From positions 91-64,090 of the forward strand of contig CAZNBA010000001.1 of assembly GCA_964571395.1 (NCBI GenBank): a stretch of DNA of 64,000 bases, read 5' to 3'. Shown piece by piece: positions 48,693 through 59,557 of this stretch. Each line of letters begins with the position of its first letter. The first letter of the stretch is position 1. The notes below the pieces were generated by a model. The model was not told where the DNA came from. It saw nothing but the letters and a program-made list of their open reading frames with translations, and did not search any database. Source of the DNA: an uncultured Muribaculaceae bacterium. Its GTDB lineage: Bacteria > Bacteroidota > Bacteroidia > Bacteroidales > UBA932. Position numbers and translations under genes: made by a program.

Positions 48693-49509
48693 GGCTAATT
48701 ATATTATTATTCTTATTTTTATTTTTATTTTTTGTGCATACTATCTGGTTCTTGAATTTGAGGTTAATGGTATTATATCTGTCCCATCCGTATATTGGTA
48801 CTATATCTTTGTAGAAAGCGTAAAGTTCTTTGAATTTTGTCTCTATTCCTGACATATCTCCAAGTATTATCTTCTCAGGTCCCTGCCTCGGATATAGTGC
48901 AACTTCGCCCTCTTTGTTTATATATATCTGTTCAATCTGGTTGTTCCAAAATTCATTGTTGTCGAGGTACTTGCCAATTATTGTTATTTTGTGTATCCAA
49001 ATACCTGCATTTTTAGTGAGCTTTCCCCGATGCCCCTGTTCAATTGCAAACGGCATATGCCCCGATACTATTGGAACATATGAGGTGAATTTGTAATCAA
49101 GCGGGAAGAGGAATCCGGTATCATCTACATAAAAACCGCCGTTTTGAGTCTCTATTCTGACTACAGGTTTTCTTTGAGTGATATCTATGCTTAACTTTCC
49201 GTCTATTGCTATACTTACCTGGGTACACTTTATCGCACTTCTTCTGTTCAGCAGATTCTCCATTGAGAAGAGGTTTATCCTATCTATTCTTTGTCCGATT
49301 GGGGAGCCGCTGAATGTGGAAATAATCTCCTTCACTTCATTTTTGGCAACAAACCTGTTTTGTGTGCTGTCGAGAATCCTAACAGTAATGTTCTTGCACA
49401 GTAGTTTTTCTGCTCCTCTCTTATAGAGCATATTGGCGAAGAAAAAGTATCCTCCTACAATTGCCAAAAGCAGCATGTAACTAATAAATGTAAGAATTTT
49501 TTTTATCAT
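48667..49509 (-). CDS. ftsQ: Cell division protein FtsQ
   Basis: 280 aa. N-terminal TM helix and POTRA-like region, positioned between murC and ftsA. A low-complexity KNKNKNKNNN tail overlaps the ftsA start by 26 nt. Confidence 0.8.
   Translation of the reverse strand: MIKKILTFISYMLLLAIVGGYFFFANMLYKRGAEKLLCKNITVRILDSTQNRFVAKNEVKEIISTFSGSPIGQRIDRINLFSMENLLNRRSAIKCTQVSIAIDGKLSIDITQRKPVVRIETQNGGFYVDDTGFLFPLDYKFTSYVPIVSGHMPFAIEQGHRGKLTKNAGIWIHKITIIGKYLDNNEFWNNQIEQIYINKEGEVALYPRQGPEKIILGDMSGIETKFKELYAFYKDIVPIYGWDRYNTINLKFKNQIVCTKNKNKNKNNNIISHEETDRSN
48703..48733. repeat. Short tandem repeats (ATT)x3 and (ATTTTT)x3 in the ftsQ tail / ftsA leader
   Basis: attattatt at 48703-48711. atttttatttttattttt at 48715-48732. 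Confidence 0.7.
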
Positions 49510-49512
49510 ATC

Positions 49513-50865
49513 CTAAATACGCTCTTTTAATATTTCTGTTATCGGAACTATGAATCTGTCTATATCTCCTGCACCAAAGGTAGCTAAAACATCCAACTCT
49601 TTGCTCTTTATATAATTAAGGAGTTCCTCTTTCTTTATCATTCTCTTCTCTTTTAATTTCACCATATCGTAAATTAGTTTAGAGGTTACTCCCTCAATGG
49701 GTAATTCTCTGGCAGGATAAATGTCCAATAGAATCAACTCATCTAATGCGCTAAGGCTCTTTGCAAAATCGGGTGCAAGGTCTCTGGTTCTCGTGTAAAG
49801 GTGGGGCTGGAAGATTCCACAAACTTTTCTATTGGCAAAAATCTCTCTTATTGAGGCTATTGAGGAGCTTAGTTCCTTGGGATGATGTGCATAATCATCT
49901 ATATAAGCGATTTTAGGGGTGTTGATATGCACATCCAATCTTCTTTCTGCTCCTGAAAAACTTGCAAGTGCCTTTTTTATCTCCTCTTCAGGAATGCCGT
50001 TCAGCAATGCCACTGCTGTTGCCGCAATTGCGTTTTCAACATTGAGCCATCCCGGTATGCCCACTGTACAATCCTTTATTACCCTATCGGGGCAGAGAAT
50101 ATCAAACTTGAAATGTCCCCCCTCTATCTGCTCAAGATTTTGTGGACAAAAATCAGCCTTCTGAGTGTATGAATAGGTGTATATCTTTGCTTTAACTCTG
50201 CTCAAATCTAATGGTGCTCCCTTTTTTACAATCAAGTACCCCGACTTCTCTATCTGACTCGCAAATTCTGAAAAGGCTGCTCTCATATTCTCCACGGTGC
50301 CGTAAATATCAAGATGATCCGGGTCGGCAGAGGTTATGATTGCTGTTTGCGGAAATAGCTGCAGAAAGGATCTGTCAAATTCATCTGCTTCGGCAACAAG
50401 ATAATTGCTTTTTGCAAGAATCAGATTGGAATGGTAGTTTTTGGAGATACCTCCAAGAAAGGCGGAACATCCAACTCCTGAAGAGGTGAATATATGACTT
50501 AAAAGCGTGCTGGTTGTTGTTTTACCATGAGTGCCGGCAACTGCAAGACACTTTTTCTCTTTTGCTATTTCTCCGAGTGCTTTAGACCTTTTTATAGTTC
50601 TGTAATGATTCTCTTCTACATAGACAAGTTCGCTCATCTCCTTTGGCACAGCCGGTGTGTAGATAACGAGCGTCTCCTCCTTTTCTTTTGGTATAAAGGA
50701 GATATCATCGGTATAATGTACCGCGATGCCCTCTTCTTCGAGTTCTTTTGTGAGTTTGGAAGGTGTTTTGTCGTATCCCGACACCCTCTTGCCTTCATGT
50801 TTGTAGTAACGGGCAATTGCGCTCATTCCTATTCCGCCTATTCCTATGAAATATACGTTTGTCAT
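49513..50865 (-). CDS. murC: UDP-N-acetylmuramate--L-alanine ligase
   Basis: FIGIGGIGMSAIA, GTHGKTTT and Mur ligase architecture. Confidence 0.95.
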   Translation of the reverse strand: MTNVYFIGIGGIGMSAIARYYKHEGKRVSGYDKTPSKLTKELEEEGIAVHYTDDISFIPKEKEETLVIYTPAVPKEMSELVYVEENHYRTIKRSKALGEIAKEKKCLAVAGTHGKTTTSTLLSHIFTSSGVGCSAFLGGISKNYHSNLILAKSNYLVAEADEFDRSFLQLFPQTAIITSADPDHLDIYGTVENMRAAFSEFASQIEKSGYLIVKKGAPLDLSRVKAKIYTYSYTQKADFCPQNLEQIEGGHFKFDILCPDRVIKDCTVGIPGWLNVENAIAATAVALLNGIPEEEIKKALASFSGAERRLDVHINTPKIAYIDDYAHHPKELSSSIASIREIFANRKVCGIFQPHLYTRTRDLAPDFAKSLSALDELILLDIYPARELPIEGVTSKLIYDMVKLKEKRMIKKEELLNYIKSKELDVLATFGAGDIDRFIVPITEILKERI

Positions 50866-50876
50866 ACCCTGTTATA

Positions 50877-52004
50877 TTATATTATCTTGTCTTTTGCGAG
50901 TTTGAAACATTCTTTCGCTATTACTTTTGCCGCCTCTTTTTTTGCGAGAGTTACAATATTTTTCTCAAGGGTGCTTCTCTTCTGATCATTTGCGATAAGT
51001 TCTTTCATACAGCGTATAAGATCCTTTTCGGCATCGGAATCCTTTACCATTAAAGCTGCCTCTTTGTTTACCAGAGCCATTGCATTATGTGTCTGATGAT
51101 CTTCGGCTACGTTTGGAGATGGTACAAAGATTGTACATTTTCCTGCTACGCACAGTTCGGAGATTGTACCGGCTCCGGCTCTGCTGATTACTATATCTGC
51201 TGCAGCGTATGCCAAATCCATTCTCTGTATAAAGTTTGAGTAGAAGATATTTTTTTGATCTCTTCCATTCATGAATTGGTCAATTTCTCCTCGGTAATTA
51301 TTTCCGCACTGCCATATAAGTTGGCAATCCTCTTTAAATAGAGAGCCGTCCGCTATCTCTCTTTTCATGCAATTGTTAAGTGTCCTGCATCCTAAACTCC
51401 CTCCGACAACGAATACGGTTTTTTTATTCTGGTCAAGTTTATAATAATCACGTCCATTCGCTTTCATCTCAGGCGTACAGAAAACTATATCTTTTCTTAT
51501 CGGGTTACCTGTCAGAATTATCTTTTCTTTGTTAAAAAACCGCTCCATTCCATCGTAAGCTACGCAGATTATATCGGCAGAAGAACCGTTTCTCCTGTTT
51601 ACTATGCCTGCATAAGAGTTTTGTTCCTGAAGCAGGACAGGTATGTTCTTTTTTGCAGCTACACTTACTATTGCGGCGCTGGCATATCCTCCTACGCCTA
51701 CAACAACATTTGGTTTGAACTCCTTGATAATTTTGGAAGCAAGAGATTTACACTTAATATAATCTATTGCCACTCCTATGTTGGAAGGTAAGTAGAGTGG
51801 GCGTTTGAGACCCCTTGCCGGAATGCCTTTAATGTCATATCCTGCAGCAGGAACCTTTTCCATTTCCATCCTTCCAGATGCTCCAACAAACAGGATAGTG
51901 GAATCTGGACTGCTCTCCTTTATTGCATTGGCAATGGAAATGGCCGGAAATATATGACCTCCAGTACCTCCTCCACTTATTATTATCCTAATTTTGTTGC
52001 ACAT
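50877..52004 (-). CDS. murG: Undecaprenyldiphospho-muramoylpentapeptide beta-N-acetylglucosaminyltransferase
   Basis: SGGGTGGHIFPA and RAGAGTISE motifs. Confidence 0.95.
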   Translation of the reverse strand: MCNKIRIIISGGGTGGHIFPAISIANAIKESSPDSTILFVGASGRMEMEKVPAAGYDIKGIPARGLKRPLYLPSNIGVAIDYIKCKSLASKIIKEFKPNVVVGVGGYASAAIVSVAAKKNIPVLLQEQNSYAGIVNRRNGSSADIICVAYDGMERFFNKEKIILTGNPIRKDIVFCTPEMKANGRDYYKLDQNKKTVFVVGGSLGCRTLNNCMKREIADGSLFKEDCQLIWQCGNNYRGEIDQFMNGRDQKNIFYSNFIQRMDLAYAAADIVISRAGAGTISELCVAGKCTIFVPSPNVAEDHQTHNAMALVNKEAALMVKDSDAEKDLIRCMKELIANDQKRSTLEKNIVTLAKKEAAKVIAKECFKLAKDKII

Positions 52005-52125
52005 AACTATTTATTGTTTAATATTTTTATCAATTAATTATTTCACTTTCATCTACTATTCTCTCTCCATTCCACTGCTTATTTCCCTCTTTTTTACTAA
52101 ATTTCAACCTTAATTTTAATTTCGC

Positions 52126-53439
52126 TCATTTTTGTTCCTCTCTCAATTCTTTATCCTCTATAACTGTCTCAATTTCATCACTATTGTCTCCTGTGCCACT
52201 AACTGGTTCTACGTTTGTCTCCTCTGCTGCGGCAACTGATGGTTGGTCTGCATTCTTACCCGTAGCCATATCAATTGTGCGGCTTACCGAGAGGATAATT
52301 CCAAATGCACAACATACAATCATAATTGAGGAGCCTCCCGAACTGATTAAAGGAAGAGTATGTCCGGTTACCGGGAAAATACCTACATTCACAAGTATAT
52401 GAATAAGTGCCTGTGTGGTAATTAGCAGGCCGAATCCCCCAACAACTACGGCGGTAAAGACCTTTTTGCAGTTTTTTACCAAGATGACGCATCTGTACAG
52501 AAGCCAGATATATAACATTAACACAAATAGCGCTCCCACGAGTCCGTATTCTTCAATAATGATGGTATAGATGTAATCTGAGTAAGCATGTGGCAAAACA
52601 TAACGTTGAGTACTATTACCAGGCCCTTTTCCAAGTACCCCGACAGATGAAATTGCGATTTTTGCCATATCTGCTTGGAATGTTTTATCTGCCGTCTCCT
52701 GTTTCTCCGCTGCTGTCATCTCCTTTGAGATCTCTTCCTGTACAAAAAATTTTTTGATTCTGTTTGTAGCTGTATCCATACGAGGAAATATTCCAAATGA
52801 CGCATGCATTATTATGAGCACAACACCCCCCATGACAGCTAATCCTGCTGATTTCATAAGGTATGACCATTTAACACCGGCAATAAAGAGAATAAAGAAA
52901 CTTACGAGACCTATAAATAGTGCTGTTGAGACACTTCCTACCATTAGCAGAACGCAGACAAGACCAATAGGAATAAGAATTTTTATAACATATTCCCTGA
53001 AAGTATCGAGTTTGCTTATCTCCAGTATTCTGGCAAGATAGAGTACAACCGCAATTTTGGCAATCTCTGTGGGTTGGAATGACTGTGAGCCACCTACCTC
53101 AATCCATCTTTTTGCTCCGTTCACCTCTTTTCCTTTCATTGCGATTATCAGTAATAGTCCGATGCACAGAAACAGAGCCGGTACAGATAGAAGTCTGTAC
53201 CAGCCTATCGGAATTCTATAACAGGTGTAGAGTACTACAAGTCCCATTATAATAAACTTAAGCTGCCTTATCAAATAGGGAAAGTTGGTTGTCTTTGCCT
53301 TGAAAGCCAGTGAACTGCTCGCAGAATAGACAAGTGCTATGGAGAATAATCCCAATAAAAAGAAGATTATCCATATCACTTTGTCACCGTGCAGGCGGTT
53401 AATAAGTTCATCCGATTCGAATCTGTTCTTTGCACCCAT
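52126..53439 (-). CDS. ftsW: SEDS family peptidoglycan polymerase FtsW
   Basis: 437-aa polytopic protein. FQPTEIAKI and TGHTLPLISSGGSS motifs, plus an acidic C-terminal tail. Confidence 0.9.
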   Translation of the reverse strand: MGAKNRFESDELINRLHGDKVIWIIFFLLGLFSIALVYSASSSLAFKAKTTNFPYLIRQLKFIIMGLVVLYTCYRIPIGWYRLLSVPALFLCIGLLLIIAMKGKEVNGAKRWIEVGGSQSFQPTEIAKIAVVLYLARILEISKLDTFREYVIKILIPIGLVCVLLMVGSVSTALFIGLVSFFILFIAGVKWSYLMKSAGLAVMGGVVLIIMHASFGIFPRMDTATNRIKKFFVQEEISKEMTAAEKQETADKTFQADMAKIAISSVGVLGKGPGNSTQRYVLPHAYSDYIYTIIIEEYGLVGALFVLMLYIWLLYRCVILVKNCKKVFTAVVVGGFGLLITTQALIHILVNVGIFPVTGHTLPLISSGGSSIMIVCCAFGIILSVSRTIDMATGKNADQPSVAAAEETNVEPVSGTGDNSDEIETVIEDKELREEQK

Positions 53440-53449
53440 TGGTAATAAA

Positions 53450-54784
53450 TTATAATTTTCTTACTGCCTCTTTAAATTGTCTTCCTCTGTCTTCATAACT
53501 TTTGAAAAGATCAAAACTGGCGCAGGCAGGTGAAAGCAATACTGTTTCACCCGGTTTTGCATATTTATAGGCAAGCTCTACTGCTCCTTCGGCAGACTGC
53601 GTATCCACAATCATCTCTACTTTGTCAGCGAAGCATTCATGGAGTTTCTCGTTGTGAAGTCCCATGCATATAAGAACTCTCACTTTGTTCTTTACAAAAT
53701 CGTACAGAGGAGAGTAGTCGTTGCCTTTATCTTTTCCTCCGGCTATCCAGACAACAGGTGTTGTCATGCATTCCAGCGCATACCATACTGAATTTACATT
53801 GGTGGCCTTTGAATCATTTATATACATCACATCCTTAATTTTGAGTACCTTCTCCATACGGTGTTCAATGCCTTGGAAGGTCATAAGACTTTTGCGAATT
53901 ACGCTGTTGTCTATCTTTACCGCCTTACCTGCTATGGCTGCAGCCATAGAATTATATAAATTATGACGTCCCTGAAGTGCGAGCTCGCTCAAATACATAA
54001 CGTAATCATCGGGGCCATATTTAACCGAAAGTTTATCTCCCTCTACGCATGCTCCCTGTTCCACTTTTTTCTCCTGAGAAAAAGGAAGCATTTTTGCCTG
54101 TAACACTATCTTTTCAAGTTCGGTTACAGTTACCGGGTCATCTGCGCAAAAGATAAAGCAATCCTCCTCTTTCATATTTTGTGTAATACGGAATTTGGAG
54201 TTGATATAATTTTGCATTTTGAAATCGTACCTGTCAAGATGATCGGGTGTTATGTTCATCAAAATTGCTATATCAGCTTTAAAATCGTACATCCCATCAA
54301 GTTGGAAACTGCTGAGTTCAAGAACATAATAATCGTAATTCTCTGTAGCAACCTGATATGCGTAACTCTGTCCAATGTTGCCTGCCAGACCTACATTCAG
54401 CCCTGCATTTTTAAGCATAAAATAGATAATGGAGGTTGTTGTGGTTTTACCGTTGCTGCCTGTTATGCAGATCTTTTTTGCCCTGTCGTACCTTCCGGCA
54501 AACTCAATCTCCGATATTATGTGAATTCTCTTCTCCCTCGCAGCTTTAATCACAGGTGCACTTTCCGGGATGCCAGGACTCTTAATTATTTCAACGGCAT
54601 CGAGAATCTTGTCAAAAGTATGGCCTCCCTCTTCAAAGTCGATTCCGTATTTGACGAGCGTATTTTTAAATTCATCGGAAATTTTGCCGTTGTCGCTCAA
54701 AAACAGTTCAAATCCCTTAGACTTTGCCAATATCGCCGAACCGATTCCGCTTTCGCCACCTCCAAGTACTACAATCTTTTGCAT
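53450..54784 (-). CDS. murD: UDP-N-acetylmuramoylalanine--D-glutamate ligase
   Basis: VLGGGESGIGSA and GSNGKTTT. The start is trimmed to ATG 54784, just after the mraY stop. Confidence 0.95.
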   Translation of the reverse strand: MQKIVVLGGGESGIGSAILAKSKGFELFLSDNGKISDEFKNTLVKYGIDFEEGGHTFDKILDAVEIIKSPGIPESAPVIKAAREKRIHIISEIEFAGRYDRAKKICITGSNGKTTTTSIIYFMLKNAGLNVGLAGNIGQSYAYQVATENYDYYVLELSSFQLDGMYDFKADIAILMNITPDHLDRYDFKMQNYINSKFRITQNMKEEDCFIFCADDPVTVTELEKIVLQAKMLPFSQEKKVEQGACVEGDKLSVKYGPDDYVMYLSELALQGRHNLYNSMAAAIAGKAVKIDNSVIRKSLMTFQGIEHRMEKVLKIKDVMYINDSKATNVNSVWYALECMTTPVVWIAGGKDKGNDYSPLYDFVKNKVRVLICMGLHNEKLHECFADKVEMIVDTQSAEGAVELAYKYAKPGETVLLSPACASFDLFKSYEDRGRQFKEAVRKL

Positions 54785-54786
54785 AG

Positions 54787-56064
54787 TTATCTGATTTTTA
54801 ATGTTATTATTGTCAACACACACAAAATAATTGCAATGATCCAGAAGCGTACGACAATTTTAGCCTCGGGAATTGCGTGTTTGGGAGATTGTATTATTGC
54901 GGGTACTCCCTCTTTCTGAAAATGATGGTGCAAAGGTGTCATCTTAAATACTCTGCGTCCCTCTCCGTATCTTTTTTTTGTGTATTTAAAATATCCCCGC
55001 TGTACTATTACTGAAAGACTTTCTACAAAGAAAATCCCGCAAAGAATAGGAATCATTAGTTCCTTCCTTATTATAATTGCGGCAACTGCAATGATTCCTC
55101 CCAATGCGAGGCTGCCCGTATCTCCCATAAATACTTGTGCAGGGAAGGTGTTATACCATAGAAATCCTATTAGCGCTCCAACAAAGGCCGCCATAAATAT
55201 TACGACCTCACCGGTATATGGTATATACATGATATTCAGGTATGAAGCATATATGGCGTTACCTGAAAGATATGCGAGGATAGCTATTGTGGTACCCACG
55301 ATTGCCGATATCCCTGTATTAAGTCCGTCGAGGCCGTCTGTAAGATTGGTTCCGTTTGAAACAGCAGTTACAATAAAAATAATTACAATTATGTAGATTA
55401 CCCATGTAGCTATCTCCCCTGCATGCCCGCTAAGTGGTGAGAGCCATGCATAATCGAACTGATTGTTTTTTACAAAGGGTATAGTTGTGGTGGTGCTTTT
55501 TCCCTCTTTATAGTAATTTATGGTGTGTGAAGTGTTATCAATTATTTCAACCTTTGCACTCTTTTCGCCCGGATTTGCCTTCTCCCTCACTGTTACTTGT
55601 TTGCTGAAACACAATATGACTCCTACAATAAGGCCGAGAATTACCTGTCCTATGATTTTGTATTTTCCCTTCAACCCCTCCTTGTGTTTTTGAAATACCT
55701 TAATGGAGTCATCTTTAAATCCTATGTATCCAAGCCATACTGTTGTGATTACAAGCAATATAACATATATATTGGTTAGATTGCCGAATAAAATGACCGG
55801 AATTAAGATGGAGAGCAATATAATAATTCCACCCATGGTGGGAGTACCTGTTTTGGACATCTGACCTTCAAGTCCCAAATCTCTGATCTCCTCTCCAATC
55901 TGTTTCTTTTGTAATTTGCGGATTATTCTTGGACCGAGATACAATGCAATCAGAAGTGAGGTAATGGTGGCTATCAAGGCTCTGAAAGTAATAAACCTCA
56001 TAAGCCCGATGCCCGGGAAATCGCATCCTATCCTCTGTAGATATTCAAACAAGTGATATAACAT
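54787..56064 (-). CDS. mraY: Phospho-N-acetylmuramoyl-pentapeptide transferase
   Basis: [30 protein letters not shown] and PLHHHF. Confidence 0.97.
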   Translation of the reverse strand: MLYHLFEYLQRIGCDFPGIGLMRFITFRALIATITSLLIALYLGPRIIRKLQKKQIGEEIRDLGLEGQMSKTGTPTMGGIIILLSILIPVILFGNLTNIYVILLVITTVWLGYIGFKDDSIKVFQKHKEGLKGKYKIIGQVILGLIVGVILCFSKQVTVREKANPGEKSAKVEIIDNTSHTINYYKEGKSTTTTIPFVKNNQFDYAWLSPLSGHAGEIATWVIYIIVIIFIVTAVSNGTNLTDGLDGLNTGISAIVGTTIAILAYLSGNAIYASYLNIMYIPYTGEVVIFMAAFVGALIGFLWYNTFPAQVFMGDTGSLALGGIIAVAAIIIRKELMIPILCGIFFVESLSVIVQRGYFKYTKKRYGEGRRVFKMTPLHHHFQKEGVPAIIQSPKHAIPEAKIVVRFWIIAIILCVLTIITLKIR

Positions 56065-56087
56065 AATGCAGCAGATATTTTAGTGAT

Positions 56088-57539
56088 TTATTGTAAGGCA
56101 AAAGTGTTTTTTACTATTTCTCTGTCGTCGAGATGATGTTTGACTCCGTTTACTATTTGATAGTCTTCATGTCCCTTTCCTGCAATCAAAATTATGGAGT
56201 CTGGTTTGGCGGTCATTATTGCCGTTCTTATCGCCTCTGTCCTGTCTGTGATAAAGAGCGATTTAGCCCTTGTCTGGCTATCCATTCCGGCCTTTATATC
56301 CTTTATGATCTCCTCGGGGTCCTCGAATCTTGGATTATCTGATGTTACAACTATTCTCGTTGCATATTTGCCGGCTATGGCGCCCATTTCCGGGCGTTTT
56401 GTTTTGTCGCGGTTACCACCGCAGCCGAATACACATATAAGATCTCCCTGAGGTTTTAATTCGTCTAATGTAATTAGCACATTTTCAAGGGCATCTGGCG
56501 TGTGGGCGTAATCAACTGCTGCAACTATATTCTCTTTACCTTTAAAATATTCCAACCTTCCGGCTACGGATTTGAGCTCGCTCATAATTCTCACAACCTC
56601 CTCCTTGTCTGCTCCGAGAAGCAGCGCCGAGGCGTAAATTGCGGTCAGATTTGCTGCATTATGCATGCCGATAAGTCTGCACCATACCTCCGTTCCATTA
56701 ATATTCAACAACATGCCATCTATATTCATTTCCATTACTTTTGTCCTAAAATCTGCCAATCCGCGGCATGAATAGGTACTTACCGCAGCTTTGGTGTTTT
56801 GAACCATAACTTTTCCGTTTTTGTCGTCGTTATTGGTTAGGGCAAAGGCTGTAGGAGGGAGGGAATCGAAAAATCTTTTTTTGCAGTTAAGATAGTTTGC
56901 AAAGGTTTTATGGTAGTCCAAATGGTCGTGGGTAAGATTAGTGAAGATGCCTCCGCGGAAATGCAGTCCCTCGATTCTGTCCTGATCAATCGCATGAGAA
57001 CTAACCTCCATGAAACAATATTCACAGCCCTTATCTGTCATCTCGCGTATAAGTTCGTTTAGTTCAAGAGGTCCAGGAGTTGTATTAATGGTAGGATACA
57101 TTTTTTCTCCAACATAATTGGCAATGGTTGAGATAAGTCCGCAACTATATCCCAATTTTGTAAACATATTGTAGAGTAATGTGGCAATTGAGGTCTTTCC
57201 ATTTGTACCTGTTACGCCAATAAGATTGAGAAGTTTTGACGGATGTCCGTAAAAATTGGCAGCTATTTCGGCAACACTCTTTCTACCCCCCTTAATGACT
57301 ATATAGCATTTATCTTCTCTCTGCTCAGAAATATGCTCGCAGATTATTGTTGTGGCTCCCTTTTCTATTGCAGATTCAATATAATCGTGTCCATCTGTAT
57401 CAGCGCCCTTAACGGCAATGAACAGACACTCCCTTGAACATTTTCTTGAATCTGTTTGCACAGATTCTATATCGCGTTCCATATTGCCGCCGCTAATGCT
57501 GACGACCTCAATTCCGGCAAGCAGTTCACTTAGTTTCAT
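56088..57539 (-). CDS. murE: UDP-N-acetylmuramoyl-L-alanyl-D-glutamate--2,6-diaminopimelate ligase
   Basis: GVTGTNGKTS, DYAHTPDAL and CGGNRD(K) motifs. Confidence 0.95.
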   Translation of the reverse strand: MKLSELLAGIEVVSISGGNMERDIESVQTDSRKCSRECLFIAVKGADTDGHDYIESAIEKGATTIICEHISEQREDKCYIVIKGGRKSVAEIAANFYGHPSKLLNLIGVTGTNGKTSIATLLYNMFTKLGYSCGLISTIANYVGEKMYPTINTTPGPLELNELIREMTDKGCEYCFMEVSSHAIDQDRIEGLHFRGGIFTNLTHDHLDYHKTFANYLNCKKRFFDSLPPTAFALTNNDDKNGKVMVQNTKAAVSTYSCRGLADFRTKVMEMNIDGMLLNINGTEVWCRLIGMHNAANLTAIYASALLLGADKEEVVRIMSELKSVAGRLEYFKGKENIVAAVDYAHTPDALENVLITLDELKPQGDLICVFGCGGNRDKTKRPEMGAIAGKYATRIVVTSDNPRFEDPEEIIKDIKAGMDSQTRAKSLFITDRTEAIRTAIMTAKPDSIILIAGKGHEDYQIVNGVKHHLDDREIVKNTFALQ

Positions 57540-59544
57540 TTTCTGACAATCTTAAAGTTATTGTTGTTGATTTATCTATTTTACTTCCAGCAGCAGGTGT
57601 TTGTGATACCACTTTGCCGAATCCGCTGAAGTTTACTTTATATCCTTGATTTTCCAATAGACAGACAGCATCTTTCAATCCCATATCAACCACACTTACA
57701 AGAGAATCTTGCTTCATTATCAACTCTTTTACATTTCTCCGTGCCTCTTTGCCCTTTTCTCTCATTTCCGCAATTGTTCTACCCTCTTCTTTGCTCTCTA
57801 CAGGTGAATTCCAATCTGGATTATTTGCATAAACATGAAATGCTATCTCTTTAAAAACTGGGCCCGCCCATGTGGCGCCATAAAAGTTACCTCCTGTTTT
57901 TTTTGAATAAAGTACCACGATAGCACTGTATTTTGGATTTTCAGAGGGGAAGAAACCGGCGAATGATGCCTGGTATCTTCTTAATCCGCCCTCCTCATAT
58001 CCGCCTCCCGCAAAGGCCATTCTGGCTGTTCCTGTTTTTCCGGAGATATTGAATTTCTCATTCTTCATCATCCTTCCGGTTCCCTCTTCAACTACACCGC
58101 GCAATGCCTCTTTTACAAGGCGTGCAGTCTTCTTTGAGCAGATTGCTCCGCTTATCTCCTGCGGTTTGAACTGCACCTTTATTTGTCCGTCTCTCTGGTA
58201 ATTTTCCACAAAGTAAGGTTTCATCATTTTTCCATCATTGGCAATTGCATTATAGAAGGTAAGAGTGTGTAGCGGGGTAAGCAATACGGAATAGCCTATC
58301 GCCATTGAAGGAAGAGACTGAACTCCCCATATTTTTTCTCCCGGTGCGTGAATGACAGCAATACCTTCTCCTTTGATATCGAGATTGAATTTTTCACCTA
58401 CTCTCATACTCTGAACCCTGTCGACATATTTTTTAGGATTATTTTCATAATATTGAACAGCAAGTTTTGCATACGCAACATTGGAGGAGTGCTCCAATGC
58501 GCTCTTTACTGTCATGAGTCCGTACCCGCCGCTACGTGAATCCGAGAAGGTCTGTTTGTAGTAGGTCCATCTTCCTCCTGTGCCGTCAATGGGAGTGTCA
58601 AGAGTTACATACCCATCTTCAAGTAATGAAGTTAATGTGATTACCTTAAATGTAGAACCGGGTTCAGTGGCTTCACGTACTGCATAATTATAGCTTTCAT
58701 CATACACTCCATCTCCGCTATTCTTCAAATTTACTATTGCTCTTATTGCTCCTGTCTTAACCTCCATGACTATTGCCGTTGCTCCTTCTATGTCGGAGTC
58801 TGTAATTCTGTTTCTCATTGCCTTTTCCGCAGCCTCTTGAAGATCCACGTCAATTGTGGTTTGAATATCGTAACCATTTATTGGCTCAATTGTCTCGTCG
58901 CTGTTAATGGGCCTGAACTCGCTGCGCGGCATTCTTTGTAATATTCTCTTTCCCGGTGTTCCTTTCAGATAATAATCGAAACTGCCCTCAATTCCTATTC
59001 CTACTCCAGAATAGTTAATGAATCCGATAGTAACGCGTCCCAATCTTCCGTAAGGAGTATTCCTTTTATAGATCTCCTCCATTGTGAAGCCGCCCTTTCT
59101 CTGTCCGAGTTTAAGAATAGGGAAGGAACGGATGGTTTCCATTTCAGAATAGTCTACTAATCTATTTCCTAATACTTTATATCGCTTATTTGCCTTCCTT
59201 GCCTTTAGCAGCTCCTCTTTATATTGCTGTGCACTTTTGTCATTAAAGAACTCCGACAATTTTTTTGAGAGTTCGCCCACATAAGTTGTAAAGGTATCCT
59301 TGTCACAAATAGTGCAGTCGATTGCGATTTTATAATACGGTATGGAACTCGCGAGTGCGCGTCCATCGCTTGCGAGAATATCTCCTCTGTTAGGTTGTGT
59401 AGTCTCTATCTTATATGCGATATCATCATCTGTGACCTTTGTGGGATTTATAAATTGGATATAAATTATCTTCCCCACAACACATAGTGTTACGAGGATG
59501 AATAGTTTGTAAATGAACGCAACTCTTCTGAATATTATATCCAT
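57526..59544 (-). CDS. ftsI: Penicillin-binding protein 3-type transpeptidase (FtsI) with C-terminal PASTA domain
   Basis: N-terminal TM helix, STFK active-site motif (EPGSTFKV), SSN, KTGT and a C-terminal PASTA-like VVDMGLKDAVCLLENQGYKV. Confidence 0.92.
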   Translation of the reverse strand: MDIIFRRVAFIYKLFILVTLCVVGKIIYIQFINPTKVTDDDIAYKIETTQPNRGDILASDGRALASSIPYYKIAIDCTICDKDTFTTYVGELSKKLSEFFNDKSAQQYKEELLKARKANKRYKVLGNRLVDYSEMETIRSFPILKLGQRKGGFTMEEIYKRNTPYGRLGRVTIGFINYSGVGIGIEGSFDYYLKGTPGKRILQRMPRSEFRPINSDETIEPINGYDIQTTIDVDLQEAAEKAMRNRITDSDIEGATAIVMEVKTGAIRAIVNLKNSGDGVYDESYNYAVREATEPGSTFKVITLTSLLEDGYVTLDTPIDGTGGRWTYYKQTFSDSRSGGYGLMTVKSALEHSSNVAYAKLAVQYYENNPKKYVDRVQSMRVGEKFNLDIKGEGIAVIHAPGEKIWGVQSLPSMAIGYSVLLTPLHTLTFYNAIANDGKMMKPYFVENYQRDGQIKVQFKPQEISGAICSKKTARLVKEALRGVVEEGTGRMMKNEKFNISGKTGTARMAFAGGGYEEGGLRRYQASFAGFFPSENPKYSAIVVLYSKKTGGNFYGATWAGPVFKEIAFHVYANNPDWNSPVESKEEGRTIAEMREKGKEARRNVKELIMKQDSLVSVVDMGLKDAVCLLENQGYKVNFSGFGKVVSQTPAAGSKIDKSTTITLRLSENETK

Positions 59545-59557
59545 ACCCTCAGTGTTT

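Noticed and set aside
52005-52125. 121-nt gap between ftsW and murG inside the dcw cluster, considered as a possible internal promoter or small RNA.
   Set aside because: I could find no TAnnTTTG box on the coding strand, no hairpin and no conserved-looking element. It is probably a plain spacer.
54179-54919. 246-aa plus-strand ORF antisense to the murD 5' end and the mraY 3' end.
   Set aside because: It is codon-phased with murD, which is the classic shadow frame. It has a Cys/Phe/Ile/Asn-rich composition with no motif, and it crosses a gene boundary. Its length is within what about 2.5 percent TTA/CTA/TCA usage allows once per window.
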